64,000 nt of DNA from an uncultured Gammaproteobacteria bacterium. GTDB taxonomy: Bacteria; Patescibacteriota; Patescibacteriia; UBA9934; GWF2-40-263. Positions 29,188-38,186 of this stretch are shown here, piece after piece. Made by a program: the position numbers and the translations under genes. The stretch spans positions 64,424-128,423 of the forward strand of contig CAYNRK010000001.1 of assembly GCA_964399675.1 (NCBI GenBank), read 5' to 3'. Within the stretch, counting starts at the first letter, position 1. Each line of letters starts with the position of its first letter. A model generated the notes under the pieces. The model worked only from the letters and a program-made list of their open reading frames with translations, was not told the DNA's origin and did no database searches.

Positions 29188-29826
29188 ATGTTTACAGGAA
29201 TTATAAAAGGAAAATTTTCAGTTGTAAGTCTTGAGGAAAAGCCCGGGCTTAAAATATTTGAAGTTGAGTTGTCGCCAGATTATGTAAAGGGAATCAAGAC
29301 TGGGGCAAGTGTTGCGATTAATGGTGTGTGCTTAACTGTAACTTCGATCAATGAAAATAGAATTTCATTTGATGCAATGCAGGAGACTCTTGATAAAACA
29401 ACGATCGGTTTACTTAAGCAAGGTCAAGAGGTGAATGTTGAACGTTCTGCGCAAATGGGCGATGAGATTGGTGGGCACATTATGTCCGGGCATGTTTCAA
29501 CAATGGCAGATATTGTTGATGTTGAAGAATCTGAAAATAATAAAGTCGTGACGTTTCAGGTTTTTCCCGAATGGATGCGTTATATTTTTTCCAAAGGATT
29601 TATTGGGCTTGATGGAGCAAGTATGACTGTTGTGGATGCTGATAAAGAAAAGGGAACATTCAAAATTTGGTTTATTCCTGAGACACTTCGCTTGACTCGG
29701 TTTGGAGATAAAAAAGTTGGTGATAAGGTTAATTTAGAAATTGACACGTCAACACAAACTATTGTGGAGACAGTTGAGAATTATTTAAAAGAAACTAACA
29801 CAATGTCATCTCGACCGAGGCGTTAG
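29188..29826 (+). CDS. ribE: Riboflavin synthase alpha subunit
   Basis: MFTGII, GASVAINGVCLTV, duplicated lumazine-binding halves, GGHIMSGHV; last ~7 codons are supplied by a MITE. Confidence 0.85.
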   Translation: MFTGIIKGKFSVVSLEEKPGLKIFEVELSPDYVKGIKTGASVAINGVCLTVTSINENRISFDAMQETLDKTTIGLLKQGQEVNVERSAQMGDEIGGHIMSGHVSTMADIVDVEESENNKVVTFQVFPEWMRYIFSKGFIGLDGASMTVVDADKEKGTFKIWFIPETLRLTRFGDKKVGDKVNLEIDTSTQTIVETVENYLKETNTMSSRPRR

Positions 29827-29879
29827 CCGAGCGGAGAGATCTCGCATATTCGAGATCCCTCGGCTTCGCTCGGGATGAC
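29804..29879. repeat. MITE-like palindromic element, GTCATCTCGA-subfamily, overlapping ribE 3' end
   Basis: TGTCATCTCGACCGAGGCGTTAGCCGAGCGGAGAGATCTCGCATATTCGAGATCCCTCGGCTTCGCTCGGGATGACA. Confidence 0.6.
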
Positions 29880-29890
29880 ACAGAAAAAGT

Positions 29891-30292
29891 ATGCCAAAAC
29901 AAATCGCCATTGTGCTCGGGAGCTTTCATAAAAAGGAAGTAACGCAAATGCTTGAGGCTGCAAGAGCGACTGCCAAGGAACTTGATTTAGAAATCGTTGA
30001 GGAAGTTTGGGTTCCGGGTTCAATTGAAAAACCACTTGCACTTAAGCGGCTCTTACAACGCGATGATATTAATGGAGCAGTAGCACTTGGAATCATTGAA
30101 CGAGGAGCAACAAAACACGGGTTTGTTATGGGACAAGTTGTCTATGATGCAATTATTAAATTGCAACTTGAATTTATGAAGCCGATCGGTTTGGGGATTT
30201 TGGGACCAGGAATTTTGCCAGATCAAATTGAACCAAGATTAGTTGACTACGCAAAAGCAGCAGTGGTGGCAACAGAAAAAATGCTCAAATGA
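29891..30292 (+). CDS. ribH: 6,7-dimethyl-8-ribityllumazine synthase (short form)
   Basis: IAIVLGSFHKKEV...VPGSIEKP...GIIERGATKH lumazine-synthase fold motifs. Confidence 0.75.
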   Translation: MPKQIAIVLGSFHKKEVTQMLEAARATAKELDLEIVEEVWVPGSIEKPLALKRLLQRDDINGAVALGIIERGATKHGFVMGQVVYDAIIKLQLEFMKPIGLGILGPGILPDQIEPRLVDYAKAAVVATEKMLK

Positions 30293-30326
30293 AAAAGGTC
30301 TGAGAAATTCTCAGACCTTTTTTCTT
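30293..30326. terminator. Bidirectional terminator
   Basis: AAAAAGGTCTGAGAAATTCTCAGACCTTTTTT. Confidence 0.6.
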
Positions 30327-31342
30327 TTTTTGGTTTCTTCTGAAAGAATTCCCGATTTGTAAATTTCAAGTAAGGCAAGAAATGATGCAAGAATCGTCGG
30401 CCCTGCAATAATCCCAACATAACCAAATGTTTGAATACCTCCAAGCACAGCCAGTAGAACTAAAAAGGTGTGCATGTTTGTTGTTCCCTTAATTAGGTAT
30501 GGGCCCAATAAATTATCAATCATTCCTACAAAGACAACAGACCAAATTAGAAGTCCAAGTGCAGCCGCGGTTGATCCGGTGAAAAAGAGATATAGAACGG
30601 CTGGGATCATCACAAGAGCGGATCCAACAAGCGGAACCAGGGCGGCCAGAATGGTTACTGCTCCCCAAATAAGAGAACCTGGAACACCAAAGATTGTAAG
30701 TCCAATTCCAGCAAAAATTCCTTGTACGATTGCAAGCATGAGTACTCCAAACACAACAGAACGAACAGTTTTGATAACACGCTTTAACAGGCGTTTATCA
30801 ATTGAGTCTCGAAGAGGGCTAAGTACTACAATTTCATGATAGAGCTTGTCACGGTCAACCAAAATATAATAAAGAGCAATGAAAAAGAAGAAGGTGTTAA
30901 GTAAGAGTTTTGTTGTGCTTGCAAAAACCGATCCGGCATTTTCAACCGCCCATGATGCAATTGTGGTTCCAATTTGATTGAAGTTGTAAGATTCAAACAA
31001 CCCAGGGAATAGATCAAGAAGTGGCAAAAATGAAGCTTCAAGATTTTTCATCCAAGCCGGATCATTTATGGAATTTTGAACAATGTCGCTTGCCTGGTTA
31101 ATCATTACCAGCAAGATGGCAAGAAGTGGAACAAAAACAAAAAAGATCGCACCAACGGAAATTATCGCAGCTGAGATTTTGTCATGCTTTAAGTGTTTGT
31201 TCAACCTTCTTTCAACAGGGGAGATAACAACCGCAACAACAGCAGCTGTTAAAAGAACCAGAGCAAACGGTTGAATGATTGACCAGAACAAATAGATCAC
31301 CAAGGCTGTGATCAAAATAAAAAACCATTTCTCAATAGTCAT
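30311..31342 (-). CDS. AI-2E family transporter (PerM/UPF0118)
   Basis: 8 TM helices; ...FFFIALYYILVDRDKL... and C-terminal GPYLIKG...GGIQTFG region typical of the family. Confidence 0.7.
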   Translation of the reverse strand: MTIEKWFFILITALVIYLFWSIIQPFALVLLTAAVVAVVISPVERRLNKHLKHDKISAAIISVGAIFFVFVPLLAILLVMINQASDIVQNSINDPAWMKNLEASFLPLLDLFPGLFESYNFNQIGTTIASWAVENAGSVFASTTKLLLNTFFFFIALYYILVDRDKLYHEIVVLSPLRDSIDKRLLKRVIKTVRSVVFGVLMLAIVQGIFAGIGLTIFGVPGSLIWGAVTILAALVPLVGSALVMIPAVLYLFFTGSTAAALGLLIWSVVFVGMIDNLLGPYLIKGTTNMHTFLVLLAVLGGIQTFGYVGIIAGPTILASFLALLEIYKSGILSEETKKRKKV

Positions 31343-31509
31343 GTGTTGATGTAAGTTGGTGCCTCCTGCCATATGGATATAGTTTAGCAGAAATTAGGTT
31401 TGAGAAAAAGAAAACATGGTGTATTGGATTGTTGTCCAAAAAATCGACAAATAGTCTTGTCGATTTTGTTTAATTTTGAAAAACTATAAATATAACCCTG
31501 GAGGTTGTC

Positions 31510-31854
31510 ATGAGCACTCAAGGCGGATCTCGATTGGTGGGGGCCTTTCTGGATTTCACGTTCGCGCTTTGGGTCTGCAAGCGCAATCACCGAGCTCGTG
31601 CTTGTCAAACTGCCCGAGCATGGGTGGGGGTTGTGGACCTTCTCACACTTGAGACAGACGTTCTTCCAGCATCGCCGATGGGAGATGTAGAATCCTGCGG
31701 TGTTGCCGTGCGCTTCTGTCTCAGAGACAACTGTATTGAGCTGCATACAACGTGCGGCCGTGCGAGCACCAAGGCGTTTCCCACAAAGGCTGAGGCTCAT
31801 AGATGGGTGAATGACGCCTGGGCCACACTCTCTCTTCTGGGGGTTGCTGCATGA
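31510..31854 (+). CDS. Hypothetical protein (small GC-rich islet; strand uncertain)
   Basis: GGAGG SD 7 nt before the ATG; the antisense frame encodes a Cys/His-rich alternative without SD. Confidence 0.3.
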   Translation: MSTQGGSRLVGAFLDFTFALWVCKRNHRARACQTARAWVGVVDLLTLETDVLPASPMGDVESCGVAVRFCLRDNCIELHTTCGRASTKAFPTKAEAHRWVNDAWATLSLLGVAA

Positions 31855-31912
31855 CAGCACTCCAGCCTCTTCTCCCGTTTCGGCGGGATTTCCTTTTAAG
31901 GGATTTTTTTAT

Positions 31913-32707
31913 TTATGGAAGTCTTGCGTTTTTCCACGCGCTTTCAAAAAGTGATCGATAAGAATCAGCGATGTTTTTGCTTTCAATCACAGTGACAAAC
32001 GTATTTTTACCAATGGAAAAAATAGTCAGTTTATTTCCATAGATCATATTGTCATTTTCATGAAAACGCAGATCGTCAGGGAGAAATCGAATTTTATGAT
32101 TTGGATTTTGATTTGCTCTCACCATCTTTTCATAATTTCTTCCGCTCATTTTTCCTGTTTCTGTCCCAGATAAAAGTTCTCTAACTTTGAACTTTTTATT
32201 TTTTAGTGCCTTGGTCCACTCGTTTAAAATGTCTTGATATCCTTCTCTGTCCCAATGAAGTGTTGATCCAAAGTACAGAACTTCTTTTGCTTTTTTTAGA
32301 TATTCGTTCGCTTCTTTGTATATTTGTAAGACCCCTTCTTTTCCTTCAAAAACTTTGATTAAAGGTTTGTGGGGCTGTTGCTCATATTTTTCTTCTAGTA
32401 GAGGATAGACTTTTTCAAATAGAAGCTGGCGGCGCTGTAAGTATTTAGAAAATTTATGTGGAGAAACCGCAGTGAAAAACGTAGCCTTCTTTGTTTTTTT
32501 TATGGAGACGAGTCCTTTTTCTTGAAGTTGATTCAATACAAAATACACAGTTGATCGTTTAAGCTTGCACGCGTTCGCGATGTTGTAGGCTGTATCTTGT
32601 CCCATCTCAAGATTTACCAAATAGATCTTAGCTTCTTTTGCATTTAAGCCTATGTTTTCCAGGGTTTTTTGTAGATTCATATTAAAGTAGCTTAGTGCAA
32701 ATTCCAT
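31913..32707 (-). CDS. TrmB-family transcriptional regulator (second paralogue)
   Basis: LNAKEAKIYLVNLEMG wHTH N-terminus; same domain order as 4492-5220. Confidence 0.6.
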   Translation of the reverse strand: MEFALSYFNMNLQKTLENIGLNAKEAKIYLVNLEMGQDTAYNIANACKLKRSTVYFVLNQLQEKGLVSIKKTKKATFFTAVSPHKFSKYLQRRQLLFEKVYPLLEEKYEQQPHKPLIKVFEGKEGVLQIYKEANEYLKKAKEVLYFGSTLHWDREGYQDILNEWTKALKNKKFKVRELLSGTETGKMSGRNYEKMVRANQNPNHKIRFLPDDLRFHENDNMIYGNKLTIFSIGKNTFVTVIESKNIADSYRSLFESAWKNARLP

Positions 32708-32852
32708 TTACTGTCAATATTTTGGTCGTCAGCAACGAGTATTGTATAACAATTTCGCTAATTTATCCTAATATTTGAGTCAATACTGTCCATGGTATTG
32801 ACACAGTTTATGATTTCTATAATATTTCACCACACACGAAAAAGGAGATCTC

Positions 32853-33341
32853 ATGCGAAACGTTACGCTTCTTCTTTGCCTTGCACTTTCCATCTTCATT
32901 CCAGGGACTGCTCGTTCCGAGTTCACGGTGATAAAGGGGGCAACTGTCACGACAACGGCGCCGATTCCGATTCCATACGAGGAAGCTCTGCCAATGTTCT
33001 TTGATGTCACCTTTGACATCTATCCTCAGCATGAACACGGCTTCTTCATCGTGTCCATTGGTGCGAGCACCTCATTCGTGAGCGTAGCGCCCGTGCCGCA
33101 ACTCATCTTTGGGCACAGTCTAGCCATATTCGATACCTGGTCACTTTCCGCCATTGGTATCTATCAGATGAATCGGTACGGAGATTTGCCAAGTCATCTT
33201 GTCGGTGTTGGGGTTGTGCCTGCCATTGGCATCTCGGAAAAGTTCGAGTTGAGATTTCCAACTGGCGGTTCAGTGACTTTGCAAGATGGCGATGCGTTCT
33301 GGTGCCTGTTCAGCTCGGTGTCCCTGGGATTCTTCCTCTGA
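32853..33341 (+). CDS. Secreted hypothetical protein
   Basis: AAAAGGAG SD; signal peptide MRNVTLLLCLALSIFIPGTARS; GC ~50%. Confidence 0.5.
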   Translation: MRNVTLLLCLALSIFIPGTARSEFTVIKGATVTTTAPIPIPYEEALPMFFDVTFDIYPQHEHGFFIVSIGASTSFVSVAPVPQLIFGHSLAIFDTWSLSAIGIYQMNRYGDLPSHLVGVGVVPAIGISEKFELRFPTGGSVTLQDGDAFWCLFSSVSLGFFL

Positions 33342-33363
33342 ATCCTGCTTGCAGAACAACAAA

Positions 33364-33408
33364 CCCCCTGCCTTGCGCAAGCTCGGCAGGGGGGTTTCTT
33401 CTTTTTTT
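33364..33408 (+). terminator. Rho-independent terminator
   Basis: CCCCCTGCC-12 nt-GGCAGGGGGG followed by a T-run. Confidence 0.55.
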
Positions 33409-33432
33409 GTTCGAAAAATAATCTCGTACATA

Positions 33433-33669
33433 TTATACGAGATTGTATTTTTTTCTTAACGCGTCCATGCTAATTGTTTTTTCATTTCGTGTTGACTTGA
33501 GTACTTTAATGAAACGCTTTCGATCATTTTCAAGATCAGTTAAATATTCCCGCAACGCATTGCACACAAGTTCACTACGAGTTTGATTTGTTTGCTTTGA
33601 GAGCGTATCCACTGCCTTGGTCAAGTTCATTGGTAATGAAATTGAAACTATATTTGTTTTGCGAAGCAT
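33433..33669 (-). CDS. Ribbon-helix-helix (CopG/Arc-like) DNA-binding protein
   Basis: NIVSISLPMNLTKAVDTLSKQTNQTRSELVCNALREYL = RHH beta-strand + two helices. Confidence 0.55.
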   Translation of the reverse strand: MLRKTNIVSISLPMNLTKAVDTLSKQTNQTRSELVCNALREYLTDLENDRKRFIKVLKSTRNEKTISMDALRKKYNLV

Positions 33670-33846
33670 AAGTGGATTAATAAGTATTAACATTTTCATT
33701 GTATTTTTCAATGCTCTTTTCGTTAATAATCAGGATGAGTCTACGTAATAAAGTTGAGATATGCAATCGTAAGAGTGTTAAGTCGTGGTTTGTTCTCATC
33801 TTTATAGATCAATAGAAATATCCAATTTGTGCTGAGTATTTTTTAT

Positions 33847-33875
33847 TGACAATGTACGCGATTTTGATACGATCA
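33847..33875 (+). promoter_or_regulatory. sigma70-like promoter of the DUF4258/DUF2283 pair
   Basis: TTGACA-16 nt-TACGAT. Confidence 0.35.
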
Positions 33876-33880
33876 GCTAT

Positions 33881-34132
33881 ATGAGGATTGTTTTTTCAGA
33901 TCATGCTCTGCATCAAATACAAGAACGAAATTTGTCAAAATCGCAAATTAGTCGTGTTGTCGAAAATCCTCAAATTCTTACCAACCAGTCTCGCAATCGC
34001 TTTCGTGCAATGGGGATCATTTCGCGAAAACAAAAGCGTTATGTTCTCATTGTCGTTTACGACATAGTTGGAAATGGTAAAAAGGAAATTGTAACAGCTT
34101 TTGTTTCATCAAAGATAAAAAAATACTTATGA
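33881..34132 (+). CDS. DUF4258-family protein (RelE/BrnT-like toxin fold candidate)
   Basis: MRIVFSDHALHQIQERNLSKSQI... pattern typical of DUF4258. Confidence 0.55.
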   Translation: MRIVFSDHALHQIQERNLSKSQISRVVENPQILTNQSRNRFRAMGIISRKQKRYVLIVVYDIVGNGKKEIVTAFVSSKIKKYL

Positions 34133-34356
34133 GATTCCATTACGACAAAAAAAAGGACGCACTCTATATTCGTTTCGACGAAAGCACTTATGAAGAGAGT
34201 GACGAGGTCGAAGATGGTATTGTATTTGATTACGATGCTAAGAAAAAGTTAGTCGGTATTGAAATACTCGACGCCTCCAAAAAACTCACAGCATCTGTTC
34301 GGACTTCACTCAAAAGGAATGAGCTGCCGATTAGCATTGGGGCAACACCTGTTTAG
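34129..34356 (+). CDS. DUF2283-family protein (cognate partner)
   Basis: YDKKKDALYIRFDE...EVEDGIVFDYDAKKKLVGIEILDASK; 4-bp overlap with upstream gene. Confidence 0.55.
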   Translation: MRFHYDKKKDALYIRFDESTYEESDEVEDGIVFDYDAKKKLVGIEILDASKKLTASVRTSLKRNELPISIGATPV

Positions 34357-34533
34357 AGAAAGCGTTTAAATCAACACGAACAGCGATCTTTCGGCGATTG
34401 TTCGTATTGGTTATCCTCAAGCAACTTTATTTGGCGTTTGACAAAACAGGAAAAAATGTATATACTCAATTTATAAATTGCGTACGAAGAACGCGGCCAC
34501 AGGCCGTTTTTTTGTTTGTTCATTATTGTTACT

Positions 34534-36678
34534 ATGCGCACTCTTTTAAAAACTCATTTTGGTTATGATTCGTTCCGTCCGTTGCAAAAGGAGATTATTG
34601 ACACGATTCTATCCGGAAAAGACACACTTGTTTTAATGCCAACCGGAGGAGGTAAGTCTTTGTGCTACCAACTTCCGGCACTTGCATTGCCTGGGATCAC
34701 GCTTGTTGTTTCTCCGTTGATTGCGCTTATGAAAGATCAGGTGGATGCATTGTGCGCTAACGGTATCTCAGCGGCATTTATAAATAGTTCGCTCACACCA
34801 AAGGAGCAGACGGCTGTAATGGAACGTGCGAGTTCAGGGGATCTTAAGATTCTCTATCTTGCTCCAGAGCGTGTTGGGTCATATGGATTTTCAGAATTTC
34901 TAGAGTCTCTTACTGTGAGTCTTCTCGCTATTGACGAGGCACATTGTATTTCAGAATGGGGTCACGACTTTCGTCCTGATTATCGCAACTTACAATTTCT
35001 CCGACAAAAGGTTGCAAATATTCCAGTCATAGCACTTACAGCAACAGCCACTCCGCGCGTTCGTGAGGATATTTTGAGTCAATTGGGCATGAAACAAGGG
35101 GCTGTATTTGTTTCAAGTTTTAATCGAGCAAATCTTAATTACAGCGTGCGCCAGAAATACAACACGTTTTCAGAACTTGTTAAACTTTTGAAATCCAACA
35201 AAGGAGAGTCGGCTATTGTGTATTGTTTTTCGCGAAAGAATACCGAAGAGATTGCAAGGAACCTTTCACGCGCCGGGCTGCAAGCTGTGCCGTATCATGC
35301 CGGGCTTCAAAAAAAGGTGCGCATGAGAACACAAGAGAAATTCATTCGTGATGAAGTTTCGATCATTGTTGCCACCATTGCTTTTGGAATGGGGATTGAT
35401 AAACCAGACGTTCGTTTGGTTGTGCATATGGACCTTCCAAAAACAATTGAAAGTTACTATCAAGAAACCGGCCGTGCAGGTCGTGATGGTCTGCCCAGCG
35501 AGTGTGTTCTTTTCTATTCGTATGCAGATCGGCGAAAGCAGGAATATTTTATCAATCAAATTGAAGATTCTAATGAACGTAGACTAGCATTGCGCAAACT
35601 CGATGACGTTGTTGAGTATTGTCAGAACGAGGTGTGTCGACGTTTCTTTTTACTTATTTATTTTGGAGAAAATTCTGCTGCCACCTTGTGTGATGCGTGT
35701 GATAACTGCATTGAACCTCCTGCTGAGCAAATTGATACTACCGAGATTTCACAAAAAATTCTTTCTGCAGTATTACGAACAGGCGAGCGTTTTGGTGCGG
35801 CACATATTTGTGATGTGTTGCATGGTTCAAAAAAGAAACGGATTTTAGAATTGGGTCACGACCAGCTTTCAGTGCACGGAATCGCACAGGATGTATCTGT
35901 AGGTGCTTTGCGTGAGCATGTTCACGCGTTGAAAAAGCGTGGGCATCTGGAACAGAATGAGGGGGAGTATCCAACGCTTAGGGTAAGTCCGAAAGGAAAA
36001 CAAGCGCTCTTGAATAAAGAATCAATTTTGTTGCCAGTATTAAACGTCCCAGAAAAGTCGCCAACACGTACGCGTAAGTCCGAATCGAATCTTGACTATG
36101 ACACCGAGGTCTTTGAAAAACTCCGCATTCTCCGCAAGCGAATTGCAGACGAGCAGAATGTTCCTCCGTTTGTTATTTTTGGTGATCGAACATTGCATCA
36201 GATGGCATATTATTTTCCTTCGAGCCTGGAAGCGTTTTCAAATCTCTTTGGCGTTGGAAAACAAAAACTTGAGGCATTTGGTAAAGAATTCCTTGAATGT
36301 ATTGCAGCGCATGTGGCCGAACATGGGCTTGAGGAGAAGTCAGTGCCAGAGAAAACGTCACGTTGCCTTAATGATATATCAAGTTCAATAAGCACAACTC
36401 TTGAAGAAACTAAAACGCTTCTGGCACAAAAATTTTCAGTTAAAGAGATTGCAAAGCATCGTGGATTAAGTCAGGGAACAATTGTGCAGCACATTGAAAA
36501 ACTTGTGCACGCGAGCGAGACACTGAACATCGATCACCTCAAACCAAACAAGGAACGATTCCAAACAATTAAAAAAGCCTTTGATGCCAAAGGATGTTCT
36601 ACGCTGTCACCTGTGTACAAACATTTAGAAGAAAAATACGAGTATGATGAATTGCGTTTGGTAAGGTTGTTTTTGTAA
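34534..36678 (+). CDS. recQ: ATP-dependent DNA helicase RecQ
   Basis: FRPLQKEII, PTGGGKSLCYQLPA, DEAHCISEWGHDFRPDY, Zn-finger cysteines, C-terminal HRDC-like domain; consensus promoter TTGACA-17-TATACT at 34438-34466. Confidence 0.9.
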   Translation: MRTLLKTHFGYDSFRPLQKEIIDTILSGKDTLVLMPTGGGKSLCYQLPALALPGITLVVSPLIALMKDQVDALCANGISAAFINSSLTPKEQTAVMERASSGDLKILYLAPERVGSYGFSEFLESLTVSLLAIDEAHCISEWGHDFRPDYRNLQFLRQKVANIPVIALTATATPRVREDILSQLGMKQGAVFVSSFNRANLNYSVRQKYNTFSELVKLLKSNKGESAIVYCFSRKNTEEIARNLSRAGLQAVPYHAGLQKKVRMRTQEKFIRDEVSIIVATIAFGMGIDKPDVRLVVHMDLPKTIESYYQETGRAGRDGLPSECVLFYSYADRRKQEYFINQIEDSNERRLALRKLDDVVEYCQNEVCRRFFLLIYFGENSAATLCDACDNCIEPPAEQIDTTEISQKILSAVLRTGERFGAAHICDVLHGSKKKRILELGHDQLSVHGIAQDVSVGALREHVHALKKRGHLEQNEGEYPTLRVSPKGKQALLNKESILLPVLNVPEKSPTRTRKSESNLDYDTEVFEKLRILRKRIADEQNVPPFVIFGDRTLHQMAYYFPSSLEAFSNLFGVGKQKLEAFGKEFLECIAAHVAEHGLEEKSVPEKTSRCLNDISSSISTTLEETKTLLAQKFSVKEIAKHRGLSQGTIVQHIEKLVHASETLNIDHLKPNKERFQTIKKAFDAKGCSTLSPVYKHLEEKYEYDELRLVRLFL

Positions 36679-36732
36679 GGTTGGTGTGGAGGTGGGGCAA
36701 TGTGTTTTGAGTTCGGCTTAAGATAATAAGTC

Positions 36733-36761
36733 TTGACGAATCAAAATTTTTGTCATATGAT
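36733..36761 (+). promoter_or_regulatory. sigma70 promoter of tRNA-Glu
   Basis: TTGACG-17 nt-TATGAT. Confidence 0.45.
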
Positions 36762-36776
36762 ACCGCCGCTAACCAA

Positions 36777-36851
36777 GGCCCCATCGTCTATCGGTTAGGA
36801 CGCCAGGTTTTCATCCTGGAAAGCGGGGTTCGACTCCCCGTGGGGTCACCA
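36777..36851 (+). tRNA. tRNA-Glu (anticodon UUC)
   Basis: Acceptor GGCCCCA/TGGGGTC, anticodon loop TTTTCAT, T-loop TTCGACT, encoded CCA. Confidence 0.9.
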
Positions 36852-36919
36852 AAAAGAAACTAGTTCGAGTACTCGAGAAGGGTCGCATCGAATTTCAAGA
36901 AGAACTACGAAAGTAGTTT

Positions 36920-36952
36920 CTTTTTGTTGTGGTAAAATACAACAAATGTGAT
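36920..36952 (+). promoter_or_regulatory. C-box-like palindromic operator overlapping the promoter of the HTH gene
   Basis: TTTGTTGT-GGTAAAAT-ACAACAAA inverted repeat immediately upstream of a TATAAT -10. Confidence 0.4.
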
Positions 36953-36971
36953 ATAATTAGGCTAAGCTTAT

Positions 36972-37178
36972 ATGATCAACGATGCAAAAAAACTTGGCGA
37001 GAATCTAAAGAAGATTCGAATGGAGAAAGATATTACTCAATCGAGTATTGCAAGAAATCTTGGAGTTGATCGATCTTTTGTGAGTAATATCGAAAATGGG
37101 AAAACTAATCCTACTCTTTCTACTATTACAAATCTTGCCAAGTCACTAGGGGTTACGACTAGTGAGTTATTGAAATAA
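36972..37178 (+). CDS. XRE-family HTH protein, controller (C) protein-like
   Basis: LKKIRMEKDITQSSIARNLGVDRSFVSNIENGKTNPTLSTITNLAKSLGV = HTH_3 with the conserved GK.NP.L motif of RM controller proteins. Confidence 0.65.
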   Translation: MINDAKKLGENLKKIRMEKDITQSSIARNLGVDRSFVSNIENGKTNPTLSTITNLAKSLGVTTSELLK

Positions 37179-37190
37179 ATCCTGAATCTA

Positions 37191-38180
37191 ATGTCTACGA
37201 TGCTTAACAAAGCAGATATTCTAGAAAATGACCTACGGGAAAAGTATCCCGTTGTTTTGGATTTACTTTTGACTGATCAGACAACCAAAAAGAATATATT
37301 TTGGGCTACAAATGACTATCAACACCTTGGAAAGGGTTATGAATATAGCTCTCCAATATCTCCCAAATTAATTACCAACGGAAACGGTCACGTCATAATG
37401 CCTCGAGCAGAAAAAGCAAAGTCACTTCAACAAATGCGTGTTCGTGGTATGGCTGAAGTATTTACTCCATCGTGGGTTTGCAATGCTCAAAACAACATTA
37501 TTGATAATTATTGGTTTGATACTGATAATCTATTTAATACAGAAATTACCAACAAACATGGAGAAAATTTTTGGAAAACGAATACAAAAAAAATAAGTTT
37601 TCCAAAAGGTAAAACTTGGAAAGAATACATACAAGATACTCGTCTTGAAATTGCATGCGGAGAAGCTCCTTATATCACTAGTCGTTACGACACAACTACA
37701 GGCAATTTTATTCCTGTAAAAAATCGTATTGGAATACTCGACAGAAAACTTCGTATTGTCAATGAACATACGAAAACTTCTAAAGATTGGCTAAAGGCTT
37801 CACAAGAAGCTTTCAAAAATACGTACGCTTATGAATGGCAGGGAGACAGCCTGCTCCTTGCGAGAGAGTCAATGTTATTCACCTTTATTGAAAATTACTT
37901 GGTCAAATTTGGTAAAAACCCCCAATCAAATTCAATTAAAAAATTTGCTGAAATAATATCTTGGAACGTTTGGCAGATGGATGGACTAACAGGCACTATC
38001 CCTAACAGTTGTAATGAACAAAAGCAAACATCCACTAACTTATTTGGTGAAACTGAGATTACAAAATTGAAATGTGTAGGTTGTAAAGAAAATGAGATAA
38101 AAGCACACAGTGGTGCATACTGTCTCATTAAGGATTGGAGAAATAATACACAGGTGCGCTTTATTGATTTATTAAAATAG
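37191..38180 (+). CDS. Hypothetical protein with methyltransferase motif X/I-like segments but no catalytic NPPY
   Basis: AEVFTPSWV (motif X-like) and LEIACGEAPYI (motif I-like, cf. LDPACGSGxFL); no (N/D)PP(Y/F/W); occupies the position of the R gene in C-controlled RM operons. Confidence 0.4.
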   Translation: MSTMLNKADILENDLREKYPVVLDLLLTDQTTKKNIFWATNDYQHLGKGYEYSSPISPKLITNGNGHVIMPRAEKAKSLQQMRVRGMAEVFTPSWVCNAQNNIIDNYWFDTDNLFNTEITNKHGENFWKTNTKKISFPKGKTWKEYIQDTRLEIACGEAPYITSRYDTTTGNFIPVKNRIGILDRKLRIVNEHTKTSKDWLKASQEAFKNTYAYEWQGDSLLLARESMLFTFIENYLVKFGKNPQSNSIKKFAEIISWNVWQMDGLTGTIPNSCNEQKQTSTNLFGETEITKLKCVGCKENEIKAHSGAYCLIKDWRNNTQVRFIDLLK

Positions 38181-38186
38181 CAACAT

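Noticed and set aside
37191-38180. Calling ORF329 a functional DNA methyltransferase
   Set aside because: It has motif X/I-like segments only and no (N/D)PP(Y/F/W) catalytic motif. The catalytic NPPY sits in the downstream 1319-aa protein, so the function is left open.
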